In this document: in pieces, positions 20,484 through 31,331 of the stretch
Layout: each line of letters starts with the position of its first letter
Numbering within the stretch: the stretch's first letter is position 1
Source of the DNA: Azolla caroliniana
Taxonomy: Eukaryota > Plantae > Polypodiophyta
Assembly: GCA_043228905.1 (NCBI GenBank)
Contig: JBHGNT010000298.1
Coordinates: forward strand, 1-37,622
Length of the DNA: 37,622 nucleotides
Direction: 5' to 3'
Program-made: the position numbers and the translations under genes
Notes under the pieces: model-generated
Database searches by the model: none
Told to the model about the DNA's origin: nothing
Seen by the model: only the letters and a program-made list of their open reading frames with translations

Positions 20484-22668
20484 GAGGATTCGCCTCCGAG
20501 ACTATCTCGATTCCTTTCATGATTGGCTCGCACCGTTAGGAATTGGACCGATCTTTGGTTGTCAAGACTCTTTATTCGTGCGAAGGCTGCTCCATTATCG
20601 AACACTTTGGTCTCCATCCGAGATGATGTGATATAAGGTTGCCCTAGGATGACAGGATGCGACGCCGATTCTTGTACGAAGAAGTGTTGTTCCATCTCCA
20701 CATCCCCGATCGTGACTTTAACATTGGGACAAGCTCCGTACAAGTCCTCCGTAGACTTTGTTGCCGCGCGAATCTTCCATCCGTGGTTTGTATTGATTGG
20801 CCATCTTCCCTTTTTGTAGAAGTCGGTTGACATGAGGTTGATCTCCGAGCCGTGGTCGATCAAGGCTACGACAGTCTCTTTCTTCTCCCCGATCTTCACC
20901 GTGCCGTTGTCGCTCGTGCCCAATGAGGTCGAGTGTAGTGGTTGTCCACCATATCTTCATCGATTTCGTCTCTTGCCATCGTTATGGCATTCGTTTTTTC
21001 TTTCTGCGGCTTCTCTTCTTCCTCGTCCGATTGTTGTCTCTTTCTCTTTACAAGGTCCACGATCGTGTCATGGAACTCCTTCTTCGTAATGCCAAGCAAT
21101 TCCCTCAAGGACAAAGTTACATGGCTATCAAGAACTCGTTCTTCGAGAATCTTCTTTAGGTCCGTCGTCTGCTCTATGTCCGACCTTAGCTTATAGGTAG
21201 GTATGGTCCTTGTCCTCCGAGCGGGGTCTTCGACACCAACCTTCACGGGCCGAACCGTTTCTTCAACTCGTATGCTCGGCTCCTCTTTTCGGCTTGATTC
21301 TCGTTCCTCCATTTGTAAAGGTCGACTCGTCTCCGCATCGTCCTTCTTTTTCGCGTTCCTTGTTTCATGTCTTTTTGATGGCCCTTGCTCTTCTATTCTT
21401 TTTTTCTTTTCTTCGACGAACACCTCGTGGTTGTCGCACATCACCTCTGCGAGTATGGTGTTGTCGTCCACCGGATCCGACCACCCGGTTATGCTCTGCA
21501 CGCTTCGGTCCGCAAGCTCTACCTCGTTCGATGTGATTTTTCCCTTCTTCTCATATTCGAGAACGGAAGTCCAAAACTTTGCTCCCGCTCTAGCAGCTTC
21601 AGTCTTGTCTTTCCCGACTCTTATTCCGGCCGACGCAACATAGTGCATCGCATCCACATGAGTCGCATCGGCATCCTCCATAGATCTCTTCATTCCTCCT
21701 CTTCCGAAATTCACCCGTAGGGGTCTTCTAGTCTCGCTTGAGCAGATCATGTTGTCCTCTATGTATACGATATTTTGTCGAATCGCCTCTCGAAGGCTCG
21801 CACAATCCCTTCTCATGTGGTCCATGCTATCGCACCACACGCATCTAAAGGGTTCTTTTCCTTTAGGGCCCCGACGATTCATGTTGGCTAGCGTGACCTT
21901 CTCGAACTTCTTCGCTAGCTCTTCAATGATGTCGTCATCAATCTTCTTTTCTTCCACGTTACTTTGTCTTGGCGGCTCAGCTACTTTCGGCGGTCTTGCT
22001 TTCTCCGTGGTAGTCGGTCCCGTCAAGTCGGTGTCATCAACCCATTGGCGACACTTGTCGAGCCTATTGCATGCCCGCTTCACCGCGATCCAGTCCGCTA
22101 CGAGCCCATTTGCTTGGGTATCATCTTCGAGAAGAGTCCCCAACTCCCGTCTATCCTTTATGTCCACGGCCTTCAAGAAGTTCAAAGTCTTGTCCTCTTC
22201 AAGCAACACTTGGTCCGTATTGGGGAGACGACTAAACATCTGGTCGAATTCGTCGTACACCCTCGAGACGCTCATCTTCTTATTCTTCTTCTCTATCCAC
22301 TTCATCAGGGCATGTCGAGTCATCCTCGTTGAGTCTTCAGTCACGAACTCCGCTAGTATCGTTTTCTCGAACTCGGACCATGTTGTCTTTCCTTCTTGAA
22401 GCTCGATGACGCGTCTTTGGATGTTGTTGGCGACAACTCTCTTGAAGCTTGCGATTTGACGTGCCTCGGACACGTCCCTTTGATTCATCTCCCTCTTATA
22501 TGCATCAAGGAACTTCATAACGTTCCTTCCATCGAATTGGCCCTCGAGCTCTACGACACGATCGACAGCCTTCTCCACGCTCGCGTCGTTGTCCCGAGAT
22601 CTCATCATTTGCTCGACGATTAGCATCATCCTTTCGAGCTCTCCCGCTTGGTTGCTTGAGGACGCCAT
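20474..22668 (-). pseudogene. Element C gag and aspartic protease
   Basis: Gag ORF from ATG 22668 with knuckle CVWCDSMDHMRRDC. Protease ALIDHGSEINLM...VILGQPY in 20474-20923. One frameshift near 20905 is probably a small deletion. Confidence 0.88.
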
Positions 22669-22708
22669 CTCCAAGTATTAATCTCGACTTGATCCTTCCT
22701 ACCGCCTC

Positions 22709-22726
22709 TTCACGTCGGGTTCACCA
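22709..22726 (-). promoter_or_regulatory. Primer binding site of C, complementary to tRNA-Trp
   Basis: The + strand TTCACGTCGGGTTCACCA equals the 3' 18 nt of plant cytosolic tRNA-Trp as I recall it. It lies 8 nt from the LTR. Confidence 0.8.
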
Positions 22727-22734
22727 CTTAATTA

Positions 22735-23781
22735 TGTCGTGAAGATCCGTCACTACGTGCGGATCGTGAGGCGGAACCGCCGGGGTTTTGGACCAGAAGG
22801 ATTTAGATTCGATACAAGCTTTGGCGAGGAAGTACTTAAGATAGATTGGGAAAAAGAGAAGATGAGATTACACGATTGATTTCAAAACGAATTTCTTCCT
22901 CTTAATTTTCATACCAAAAAAACCGTGTTTTTCTCCTCTCCCTTCCCTCTTTTATAGATGCTCTCATGCATATGATGCATGTGAGGGTACAAGACATGCA
23001 TAAATTGCATGTTTGCCATTTGGCGCTTAAGTATTACATGTGGTGCATGCTAACCATGTCACTCATTTTAGCACTCATGGATGAGAATTTACATGTAAAA
23101 GTACAATGATAGAAATATAATTTTAACTAAATACTATGGCTTAATGGTAAGCCATTTGACTCCTAACTTGGAGGTGCAAGGTTTGAATCCACACTTGCCC
23201 TCCTTGTATATGTAAATATGTATATATATTTATATATTTATTTTATCTAGTCGCCGGTTCGCCGGATGTCGCCGATGGATGCCGACGCCGAATACCGATG
23301 CCGACGTCGACGCCGGATGCCGCCGTCGGATACCAGTGCCGACGCCGCATGCCGCCGCCGGATTGTGGTCGGATGCCATCGGATCACCGGCTCCATCGCC
23401 GGTCCGGTTTTGGTTGGCCAAAACCCTTTTCGAGTAGCTAGCCACCTCCACTCTAAGTTCAAGTTACCTTGAACTCTCTATGCTCCACACATAGACACAA
23501 AGATAATATCTTTTGCTCCACCTTATATATGATGAGAGCCGTATTTGTCGTGCCTATGTGGGATATCTCACAATTTTCTCTTTTCTTTTCACAAACTTTA
23601 TACCCTCATATCTTGACATTTAGTTATCCATTTCTCGTGTAATAAAGTACATTCGAAACCTCCATCATTTTGTACTTAGATATTAAAAATGTTTTCTTCA
23701 CAATTATTGTATTATGTGATTCATACTCGATTTCGTACGTTTTATGGGATTTTCACACTATTGCCGAAAATCTTCACGACA
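22735..23781 (-). repeat. 5' LTR of element C (1047 bp)
   Basis: 12-bp terminal inverted repeats. The first 259 bp repeat 6213-6471. Flanked by PBS and TSD. Minus-strand TATAAAA at ~22950-22956. Confidence 0.9.
23135..23198 (+). promoter_or_regulatory. tRNA-like Pol III A-box/B-box module in the LTR of element C
   Basis: A-box TGGCTTAATGG 23137-23147 with D-arm-like hairpin GGCTT-AATGGT-AAGCC, then GGAGGT, then B-box GGTTTGAATCC 23180-23190. An AT-rich tail with TTTT follows at ~23242-23245. Confidence 0.62.
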
Positions 23782-23840
23782 GCGTAGAGCACAACACACG
23801 ATCACAATGAGGCGAATGGGCTAGATCGAGCTACCAAATC

Positions 23841-23852
23841 GCTCTGATACCA
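23841..23852 (-). promoter_or_regulatory. Primer binding site of B (tRNA-iMet)
   Basis: The + strand GCTCTGATACCA abuts TGTAAAG at 23853. Confidence 0.9.
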
Positions 23853-23922
23853 TGTAAAGAATCAAGAGATGGATTCTTGTGAAGCGGAAGAGATATGAGT
23901 TATGTGTGTATGAGAGAGAGAG

Positions 23923-23960
<38 letters not shown>

Positions 23961-24271
23961 TGAGACGAGGAATAAGACACAGAGAATACGCAAGGTAAAT
24001 GTATATTAACAAAGGAGAAAGACTCAACAAAATACAAGGTGGGAGGAGGGTGCTTTATATAGTCACCCTCTCTCTTCATTAACTACAAGGCTCGTGGAGC
24101 ATGGGGAATGTGAAAGCTCATAAGTTATGTGTCATAGAATATGATTCTATGACTCATACTAAATGCTAGAATACAAAGAGGTGACTTAATGGTGACTCTT
24201 GACCATTGGAGTGTCTATTCATTCTCAATGTGAGTTCACACACTAGACCAAGTTGAGCTTGATTCTCAACA
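23853..24271 (-). repeat. 5' LTR of element B (419 bp), containing a (GA)n(TG)n microsatellite at ~23912-23958
   Basis: TGT...ACA ends. Terminus GTTGAGCTTGATTCTCAACA resembles the D and F LTR ends. LINE sequence starts right after it. Confidence 0.85.
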
Positions 24272-24592
24272 GCTCGCTAATGGCAATACTATTTGGATGT
24301 ATAATGGAATCAAAGATAAGTGCATGGGCTGAAAAAAAATGGTAAGAGAGCTTATGGACAGGCTGGCTTTCGAAAACACCATAGCACCATTGATCACCTT
24401 GTCACTCTTCAAGTATTAATGAAGGAAAGACGCCATGGAGGTAAAGGTTTATATTGTTCCTTCGTAGACTTTAAGAAAGATTTTCATATGGTACCTTGTG
24501 AGCATCTTTGGACACAAATGGAAGAACTCAAAGTGCCAAGTGAATATATGTTTGTAATCTCCTGAATATATGAGAAAGTTATATGTTGTGCA
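24272..24592 (+). pseudogene. RTE-like LINE reverse transcriptase fragment, left part
   Basis: GQAGFRKHHSTIDHLVTL and LYCSFVDFKKDFHMVP are non-LTR RT motifs. Confidence 0.85.
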
Positions 24593-25014
24593 TGTGAATG
24601 TTAATGTGCGGAAGCGTCAGACAGAACCGGCTCAGCCAGATAGTAACAGAAAATGAGATAAAGGTTTAATGGAAAAGCTTAAAACACAAAGGAGACACAG
24701 AGAGCAGAACATAAAACTATATTCAAAAATTAACTCTAAAACTCTGTACATACAACGTGCTAAACAACACTATTTATACAAGTCCATAAAGGACTGACAT
24801 AAGTATTGACAGGTACTTCAATGCTCACACGTGCGACTGACACTAACTACGAGACAATGATTACCTAGTAGTCTAGGCTACTACTAGGCTTCCATTACCC
24901 ACTCGAATCCGGCTCTCCGATCCGGCTCCCCGATTTGGCCGGTTGTTTTCAGATACCGATCTGGCTCAGGCTTATTCAGCCAATCTAGATCCGGTTGAGC
25001 TTGCTCACTCAACA
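24593..25014 (-). repeat. 3' LTR of element F (422 bp)
   Basis: Direct repeat of 31605-32038, followed on the + strand by CTCCCCCT (PPT). Confidence 0.93.
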
Positions 25015-25619
25015 CTCCCCCTCAAGCTCAACTTGAGGTCGGATCGTGGTGTTAGTGTCCGCGGCAGCCGGTTCTTCTACCCGGCTCCTTTTCGCGTTGC
25101 TCCGCCTCACTCACGTTCCTCGTCCAATTCGGTCTTGTTTGTCGTGACCCTTCTGGTTCTGCGTACCTCGATCTCCTCGGTCGGCTTGTCTGCTCAGCAG
25201 GCCCATTTTAGCTCCCTTGTTGTTGCGCCTCCAGCACTTGTCGACCTGTCGGTTCCTTCCTGTTGGCATCGACTTCCGCTCCGTTTGTGTCCGCTTGGCC
25301 TTTAGTTGACCCGACTTCTCCGAACCTTGAACCAAATCGGTTTCCTTCGATTTGTTCCAGCTCTTATCTGAGTTGGTGTTCTCCAACTTGTGTTATGGTT
25401 TCAAGCCCTTCACCACACCAGACTACGTCCGGTTCTTGGCCGTTTTCTTTCCGTCGGCTCTATCCTTCTTGATTCTGCCACCGTTGCCGCTTGTTCCGAC
25501 CTTTCCGGATGTGCCAACTCCTTCGGACGGCTCGGCTTCCTTTTTCCTCTTGTCTCCCCCTTTGTTGGTTCTTTCTTCCTCTCCGGCTCCTTGTTCGGTG
25601 CCATCTGTTCCCTTTCCTT

Positions 25620-28600
25620 TTCTCCCCCTCAAGTGCAGCACGACGAGATACTGAACACCAAGCATTTCGGTGAAGTGTTGCAATTTGTCCTATCCGAGCG
25701 GTTTGGTGAAGATATCGGCAATTTGCCGATCCGTCTGAACATACCGAAGTTCTACTTCATCACTCAAAATCCGTTCACGCACAAAGTGATAGTGGACTTC
25801 TATGTGCTTCGTCCGAGCATGGAACACGGGGTTCTTGGCGAGTTGAATGATGCTCATGTTGTCACAGTAGATCAGGATCGGGGTCGGTACCTCAATCCAT
25901 AGGTCTCGCAGTAGTCGCCAAAGCCAGATGGCTTCATAAGTGGCATTGGTAGCGCCCTGGTATTCAGCCTCAGTGCTCGATAGAGCCACTGTTGGCTACT
26001 TTTTGCTGCTCCACGCAACAACCGCGCTACCCAGAGAAAACATGTAACCGAAGGTGGATCGGCGATCCGATGCATCACCAGCCCAGTTGGCATCAGTATA
26101 TCTTACTAGCTTCCGAGCTATACTGTGTCGGTATAACAGTCCCCGGTCCTTCGTGCCACTCACATACCGAAGTATCCGGTGTGCGCACTAAAGGTGCTCG
26201 ACGGTTGGCTTCTGCATGAACTGGCTTATCACTCCGACCGGGTAACTGAGGTCGGGTTGAGTGATTGTCAAGTATATCAGGCTTCTGATGATTTGTCGGA
26301 ACCGTTTCTCATCGCAGGTCGGTCCAAAGTTGGGACAAATCTTCTAGTTCCAGTCCAAGGGTGTGGAGACAGGTCAGCACTCCGTCATACCAAACTTGTA
26401 CAACATATTCAACATATAGTGTCGTTGTGAGAGCAATATGCCGTCAGGGGTTCAGATCACCTCGATCCCGAGAAAATAATGAAGGTCCCCTAGGTCCTTC
26501 ATTTCAAATGCGTCCGATAGCTAGGACTTTACTCGGTCGATTTCATTGAGTTCGGGTCCGGTGATGACTTAATCATCAACATAAAGTAGGATGCAAACCG
26601 GACCGTTCGGACCTTGCCGAATGAACAACGACGAGTCGGATTTAGAGGTCACAAACCCCATCTTATGCAACTGGTGCATGATCTTTGCATTCCAAGCTCG
26701 AGGGGCTTGTTTCAGACCATAAAGCGACTTCTTGAGCTGGCACACCGCTGACTTGTTCATCTCCGACTGAAAACCGGGAGGTTGGATCATATAGACCCAT
26801 TCTTCAAGGTCACCTTGAAGAAACGCATTCTTCATGCCCATCTGGTGAAGACTCCACCCCCTTACCGCAACAACCGCCAGTACCACACGAACCGTCGTCA
26901 TCTTCGCTACTGGAGCGAAGGTCTCGTTGTAATCGATTCCCTCGGTCTGTGCGTATCCCTTCGCCACTAACCGGGACTTGTACCGATTAACCAAACCGTC
27001 GGCATTTTACTTTACCTTGTACACCCATTTGCAACCGATCGGTTTATAGTGTCGGGGAGGGTCAACGAGGTCCCATGTGTCATCGGCATCTAGTGTCCAC
27101 ATTTCTTCCTCCATAGCGGCACGCCAATTTGTGCCCTTTGTCGCTTCTACGTAGCTCTCCGGCTCACGCACTTCTGCCACCTTAGTCATGAACGCATAAT
27201 GATGCGCCATGTACTCATTGTACCCGTACTACGTAACGGGGTTCTTCAGGCGGGAAGACCGGCATAACTTGGTATTACCCGGTTTCGGACCCTTCTTGGC
27301 CAAGTCGGACGTCGTTCCCGAAGATCCGCCTTCATCCTTTCCGGAGTCGGATTCGCTCCGATCCGACTCAACGTTGCCGGTTTCGTATTCCGGCATCTTC
27401 TTCTTCCCCTTCTCTTTGCACGTGAACCGTCTCCTCGGTTCCTTGCGCGGGGAGAGCACGGAAGAGTCTCCACTATTCGCCGGTTCCTCATCTGACTAGT
27501 CATCCCGACTCAGCCGCTCATTCGGTCCACTTAGCCGGAATGAGATCGGACTCTCTTCTAGAGTGTTGAAGTCTTCATCTTCTACCTGGACCTCCTCGGG
27601 CTCACTAGCCTCATCTTTCGGAATCGGGTCTTCGTCAGAAGTTGGAGTCGGTAAGGAGTACCATGATGCTGTCTCATCAAACTCGACATCTCGGCTTACT
27701 CGGACCTGCTTAGTCCAGGGGTTATAGCACTTATACCCCTTCTGCTCATGCCAGTAACTAACTAGAATGCACTTCTCCGACTTCGGATCCAGCTTCCTCC
27801 GCTTCTCATCCAGTACATGCACATATGCTATGCTACTGAATATCTGAAGGTGTCTCAAATTCGGCTTTCGCCCGAAATACAACTCATGTGCTGACACCTT
27901 GTCACCGATCCGGTTTTGGATGTAGACGACCATCTGGACCGCCTCGACCCAGTAGAAATGGGGCATGCTCTTCTCCTTCAGTATTGCCCTTGTCGCGTCG
28001 ATAATCGACCGGTTCTTCCTTTCGGCCACACCATTTTGCTCCGGTGTGTACCTGTAGTTGAATTCTCTCCGAATTCCGTTCTATTGCAGACAACTGTTGA
28101 ATTGGCTGGAAAAGTATTCCTTCCCGCCATCCGACCGCATGCACTTGATCTTCCTCTCCGTTTCCCGTTCAACCAAGATTTGAAGGTTCTGGAAACACTC
28201 GAAGACTTCGCTCTTCCTCTTGATGAGGTAGATCCACATGTGCCGGTTGTAGTCATCGATGAAGGAGACGAAATACCGACTCCCGCCAAGACTAACGTCT
28301 TGTGCCGGTCCCCATACATCCGAATGGATTAAATCGAGCTTGTTATGGCTCCGGTTTCGATTGGTGGGGAATGGAAGCCGATGTCGCTTCCCGAGTTGGC
28401 AGGCTTCACAAATTCGGCAAACCGAAAACAACTTGTTTCGATTGAAAGTCTCAAAGCCTCTGATAATTGACGTGGCCGATCCTCTTGTGCCACAGGTCGA
28501 TGTCCGATTCGACCTTCTGCCCTTTCGCAAACATAGCAATGTTGACATCATTAGTGTTGAGGATGAACATCCTCCCGTCTCTGTGCCCTTGCGCAATCCA

Positions 28601-28796
28601 GAAGTAGTCTTCTTTATCGAGTTAGCCTTGTGCTTCATCACGAAGGCTGGCCCTTTACCGATTTCCCAGTTCTGGATCCTTCCGCGTAGTGTGAGCTTTG
28701 CCGGTTCTCCCGATCGGTTTTGTCGAATTCGGATTTGTCCGAATCGGCGCGCTTCTTCCAGCACTCGCTTTCTCTGTGGCCCTTTTTGCCACAGTA
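25620..28796 (-). pseudogene. Element F pol pseudogene (integrase, RT, RNase H); protease deleted
   Basis: CEACQLGK, IHSDVWGP, SDGGKEY, NGVAERKN, RLVAKGY, LYVDD, ALSSTEAEY and HARTKHIEVHYHF. Many stops and frameshifts. No DSGAS protease motif between the knuckle and GAG-pre-integrase. Confidence 0.92.
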
Positions 28797-31331
28797 CTAG
28801 CATTCCGTGTCGGCCTTTCCTTGTCGGTTCTCGGCGCCGCTTTGACTCCCCCTGCTTGTGGAGGGTCCGGAACTGCTGTCGGCACAACCTCTGTGCCTCC
28901 GGTCCTGCTCTTTTCGGCCGCCTCCATTGCGTGTTGACCCACCTCGTCCACCACGTCCATGGGGCCGATCTATCCCCGTGTACAACATCTGGTCGTCTGA
29001 TTGAGTGGTCCTTGACCCACTTGCATGGTTTTCTTCGACCATCAGCATCGATTGCAAGTCAAATAAGGACGATGGTTTCTCCCAGGTGCAGATCGCTATT
29101 CGGATTGGCCCATACCTTTGCGCTAGACCATTGAGGCAGATTTGTACCATCTCATCTTCGTCCACCGTCACGTTGATGGACCCGAGTGTGTCACAAATCT
29201 CCTTTATCTTGGTGGTGTAGTCCATAACCGACATGTCTCTTTGCCGGATGTTGTTCAGCTCTTGTCGGACCTGCAACTTACGAGCCATGGTACTTGCGAC
29301 GAAAATCTTCCGTAGATTTTCCCAGGCCTCCTTCGACGTCTTTGCATCCTTGATGTAGTTGAGCATCTGATCATGCACACCGGACACGAGACAGTACAGT
29401 ACCCGACTCACTCCTTCTTCGACCATCAGCATCGATTGCAAGTCAAATAAGGACGATGGTTTCTCCCAGGTGCAGATCGCTATTCGGATTGGCCCATACC
29501 TTTGCGCTAGACCATTGAGGTAGATTTGTACCATCTCATCTTCGTCCACCGTCACGTTGATGGACCCGAGTGTGTCACAAATCTCCTTTATCTTGGTGGT
29601 GTAGTCCATAACCGACATGTCTCTTTGCCGGATGTTGTTCAGCTCTTGTCGGACCTGCAACTTACGAGCCATGGTACTTGCGACGAAAATCTTCCGTAGA
29701 TTTTCCCAGGCCTCCTTCGACGTCTTTGCATCCTTGATGTAGTTGAGCATCTGATCATGCACACCGGACACGAGACAGTACAGTACCCGACTCACTCCTT
29801 CTTCGACCATCAGCATCGATTGCAAGTCAAATAAGGACGATGGTTTCTCCCAGGTGCAGATCGCTATTCGGATTGGCCCATACCTTTGCGCTAGACCATT
29901 GAGGTAGATTTGTACCATCTCATCTTCGTCCACCGTCACGTTGATGGACCCGAGTGTGTCACAAATCTCCTTTATCTTGGTGGTGTAGTCCATAACCGAC
30001 ATGTCTCTTTGCCGGATGTTGTTCAGCTCTTGTCGGACCTGCAACTTACGAGCCATGGTACTTGCGACGAAAATCTTCCGTAGATTTTCCCAGGCCTCCT
30101 TCGACGTCTTTGCATCCTTGATGTAGTTGAGCATCTGATCATGCACACCGGACACGAGACAGTACAGTACCCGACTCACTCCTTCTTCGACCATCAGCAT
30201 CGATTGCAAGTCAAATAAGGACGATGGTTTCTCCCAGGTGCAGATCGCTATTCGGATTGGCCCATACCTTTGCGCTAGACCATTGAGGCAGATTTGTACC
30301 ATCTCATCTTCGTCCACCGTCACGTTGATGGACCCGAGTGTGTCACAAATCTCCTTTATCTTGGTGGTGTAGTCCATAACCGACATGTCTCTTTGCCGGA
30401 TGTTGTTCAGCTCTTGTCGGACCTGCAACTTACGAGCCATGGTACTTGCGACGAAAATCTTCCGTAGATTTTCCCAGGCCTCCTTCGACGTCTTTGCATC
30501 CTTGATGTAGTTGAGCATCTGATCATGCACACCGGACACGAGACAGTACAGTACCCGACTCACTCCTTCTTCGACCATCAGCATCGATTGCAAGTCAAAT
30601 AAGGACGATGGTTTCTCCCAGGTGCAGATCGCTATTCGGATTGGCCCATACCTTTGCGCTAGACCATTGAGGTAGATTTGTACCATCTCATCTTCGTCCA
30701 CCGTCACGTTGATGGACCCGAGTGTGTCACAAATCTCCTTTATCTTGGTGGTGTAGTCCATAACCGACATGTCTCTTTGCCGGATGTTGTTCAGCTCTTG
30801 TCGGACCTGCAACTTACGAGCCATGGTACTTGCGACGAAAATCTTCCGTAGATTTTCCCAGGCCTCCTTCGACGTCTTTGCATCCTTGATGTAGTTGAGC
30901 ATCTGATCATGCACACCGGACACGAGACAGTACAGTACCCGACTCACTCCTTCTTCGACCATCAGCATCGATTGCAAGTCAAATAAGGACGATGGTTTCT
31001 CCCAGGTGCAGATCGCTATTCGGATTGGCCCATACCTTTGCGCTAGACCATTGAGGCAGATTTGTACCATCTCATCTTCGTCCACCGTCACGTTGATGGA
31101 CCCGAGTGTGTCACAAATCTCCTTTATCTTGGTGGTGTAGTCCATAACCGACATGTCTCTTTGCCGGATGTTGTTCAGCTCTTGTCGGACCTGCAACTTA
31201 CGAGCCATGGTACTTGCGACGAAAATCTTCCGTAGATTTTCCCAGGCCTCCTTCGACGTCTTTGCATCCTTGATGTAGTTGAGCATCTGATCATGCACAC
31301 CGGACACGAGACAGTACAGTACCCGACTCAC
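28797..31331 (-). CDS. 844-codon ORF: six tandem 128-aa copia Gag capsid-region (Retrotran_gag_2/UBN2-like) repeats plus an RGG-rich tail; expression unproven
   Basis: Open frame across all six units. First ATG at 31286. It is frameshifted from the native gag N-terminus (31510-31350) and ends at a TAG replacing the Trp of the zinc knuckle. Confidence 0.5.
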   Translation of the reverse strand: MSRVLYCLVSGVHDQMLNYIKDAKTSKEAWENLRKIFVASTMARKLQVRQELNNIRQRDMSVMDYTTKIKEICDTLGSINVTVDEDEMVQICLNGLAQRYGPIRIAICTWEKPSSLFDLQSMLMVEEGVSRVLYCLVSGVHDQMLNYIKDAKTSKEAWENLRKIFVASTMARKLQVRQELNNIRQRDMSVMDYTTKIKEICDTLGSINVTVDEDEMVQIYLNGLAQRYGPIRIAICTWEKPSSLFDLQSMLMVEEGVSRVLYCLVSGVHDQMLNYIKDAKTSKEAWENLRKIFVASTMARKLQVRQELNNIRQRDMSVMDYTTKIKEICDTLGSINVTVDEDEMVQICLNGLAQRYGPIRIAICTWEKPSSLFDLQSMLMVEEGVSRVLYCLVSGVHDQMLNYIKDAKTSKEAWENLRKIFVASTMARKLQVRQELNNIRQRDMSVMDYTTKIKEICDTLGSINVTVDEDEMVQIYLNGLAQRYGPIRIAICTWEKPSSLFDLQSMLMVEEGVSRVLYCLVSGVHDQMLNYIKDAKTSKEAWENLRKIFVASTMARKLQVRQELNNIRQRDMSVMDYTTKIKEICDTLGSINVTVDEDEMVQIYLNGLAQRYGPIRIAICTWEKPSSLFDLQSMLMVEEGVSRVLYCLVSGVHDQMLNYIKDAKTSKEAWENLRKIFVASTMARKLQVRQELNNIRQRDMSVMDYTTKIKEICDTLGSINVTVDEDEMVQICLNGLAQRYGPIRIAICTWEKPSSLFDLQSMLMVEENHASGSRTTQSDDQMLYTGIDRPHGRGGRGGSTRNGGGRKEQDRRHRGCADSSSGPSTSRGSQSGAENRQGKADTEC

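Larger units (their letters stand above)
6213..23781 (-). mobile_element. Element C: Ty3/gypsy LTR retrotransposon (non-chromovirus, Phygy-like by inference), interrupted by D
   Basis: LTRs 22735-23781 and 6213-6471 (truncated). 12-bp terminal inverted repeat TGTCGTGAAGAT...ATCTTCACGACA. TSD GCGT at 6209-6212 and 23782-23785. tRNA-Trp PBS. Order gag-PR-RT-RH-INT. Confidence 0.92.
3956..24271 (-). mobile_element. Element B: Ty1/copia LTR retrotransposon (Bryco/Lyco-like by inference), interrupted by C (6213-23781) and A; 3' part outside the window
   Basis: 5' LTR 23853-24271, PBS TGGTATCAGAGC 23841-23852 and leader 23786-23840. The leader joins 6212 across the GCGT target duplication of C, then gag-PR-INT run 6120->3956. 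Confidence 0.88.

Noticed and set aside
23135-23198. Functional tRNA gene (also 3545-3605)
   Set aside because: A/B boxes are present but I could not form convincing acceptor and anticodon stems. Reported only as tRNA-like modules.
28259-29134. 291-aa + strand ORF and other antisense ORFs (e.g. 21749-22399)
   Set aside because: These are shadow frames opposite gag/pol in GC-rich sequence with no domain signal.
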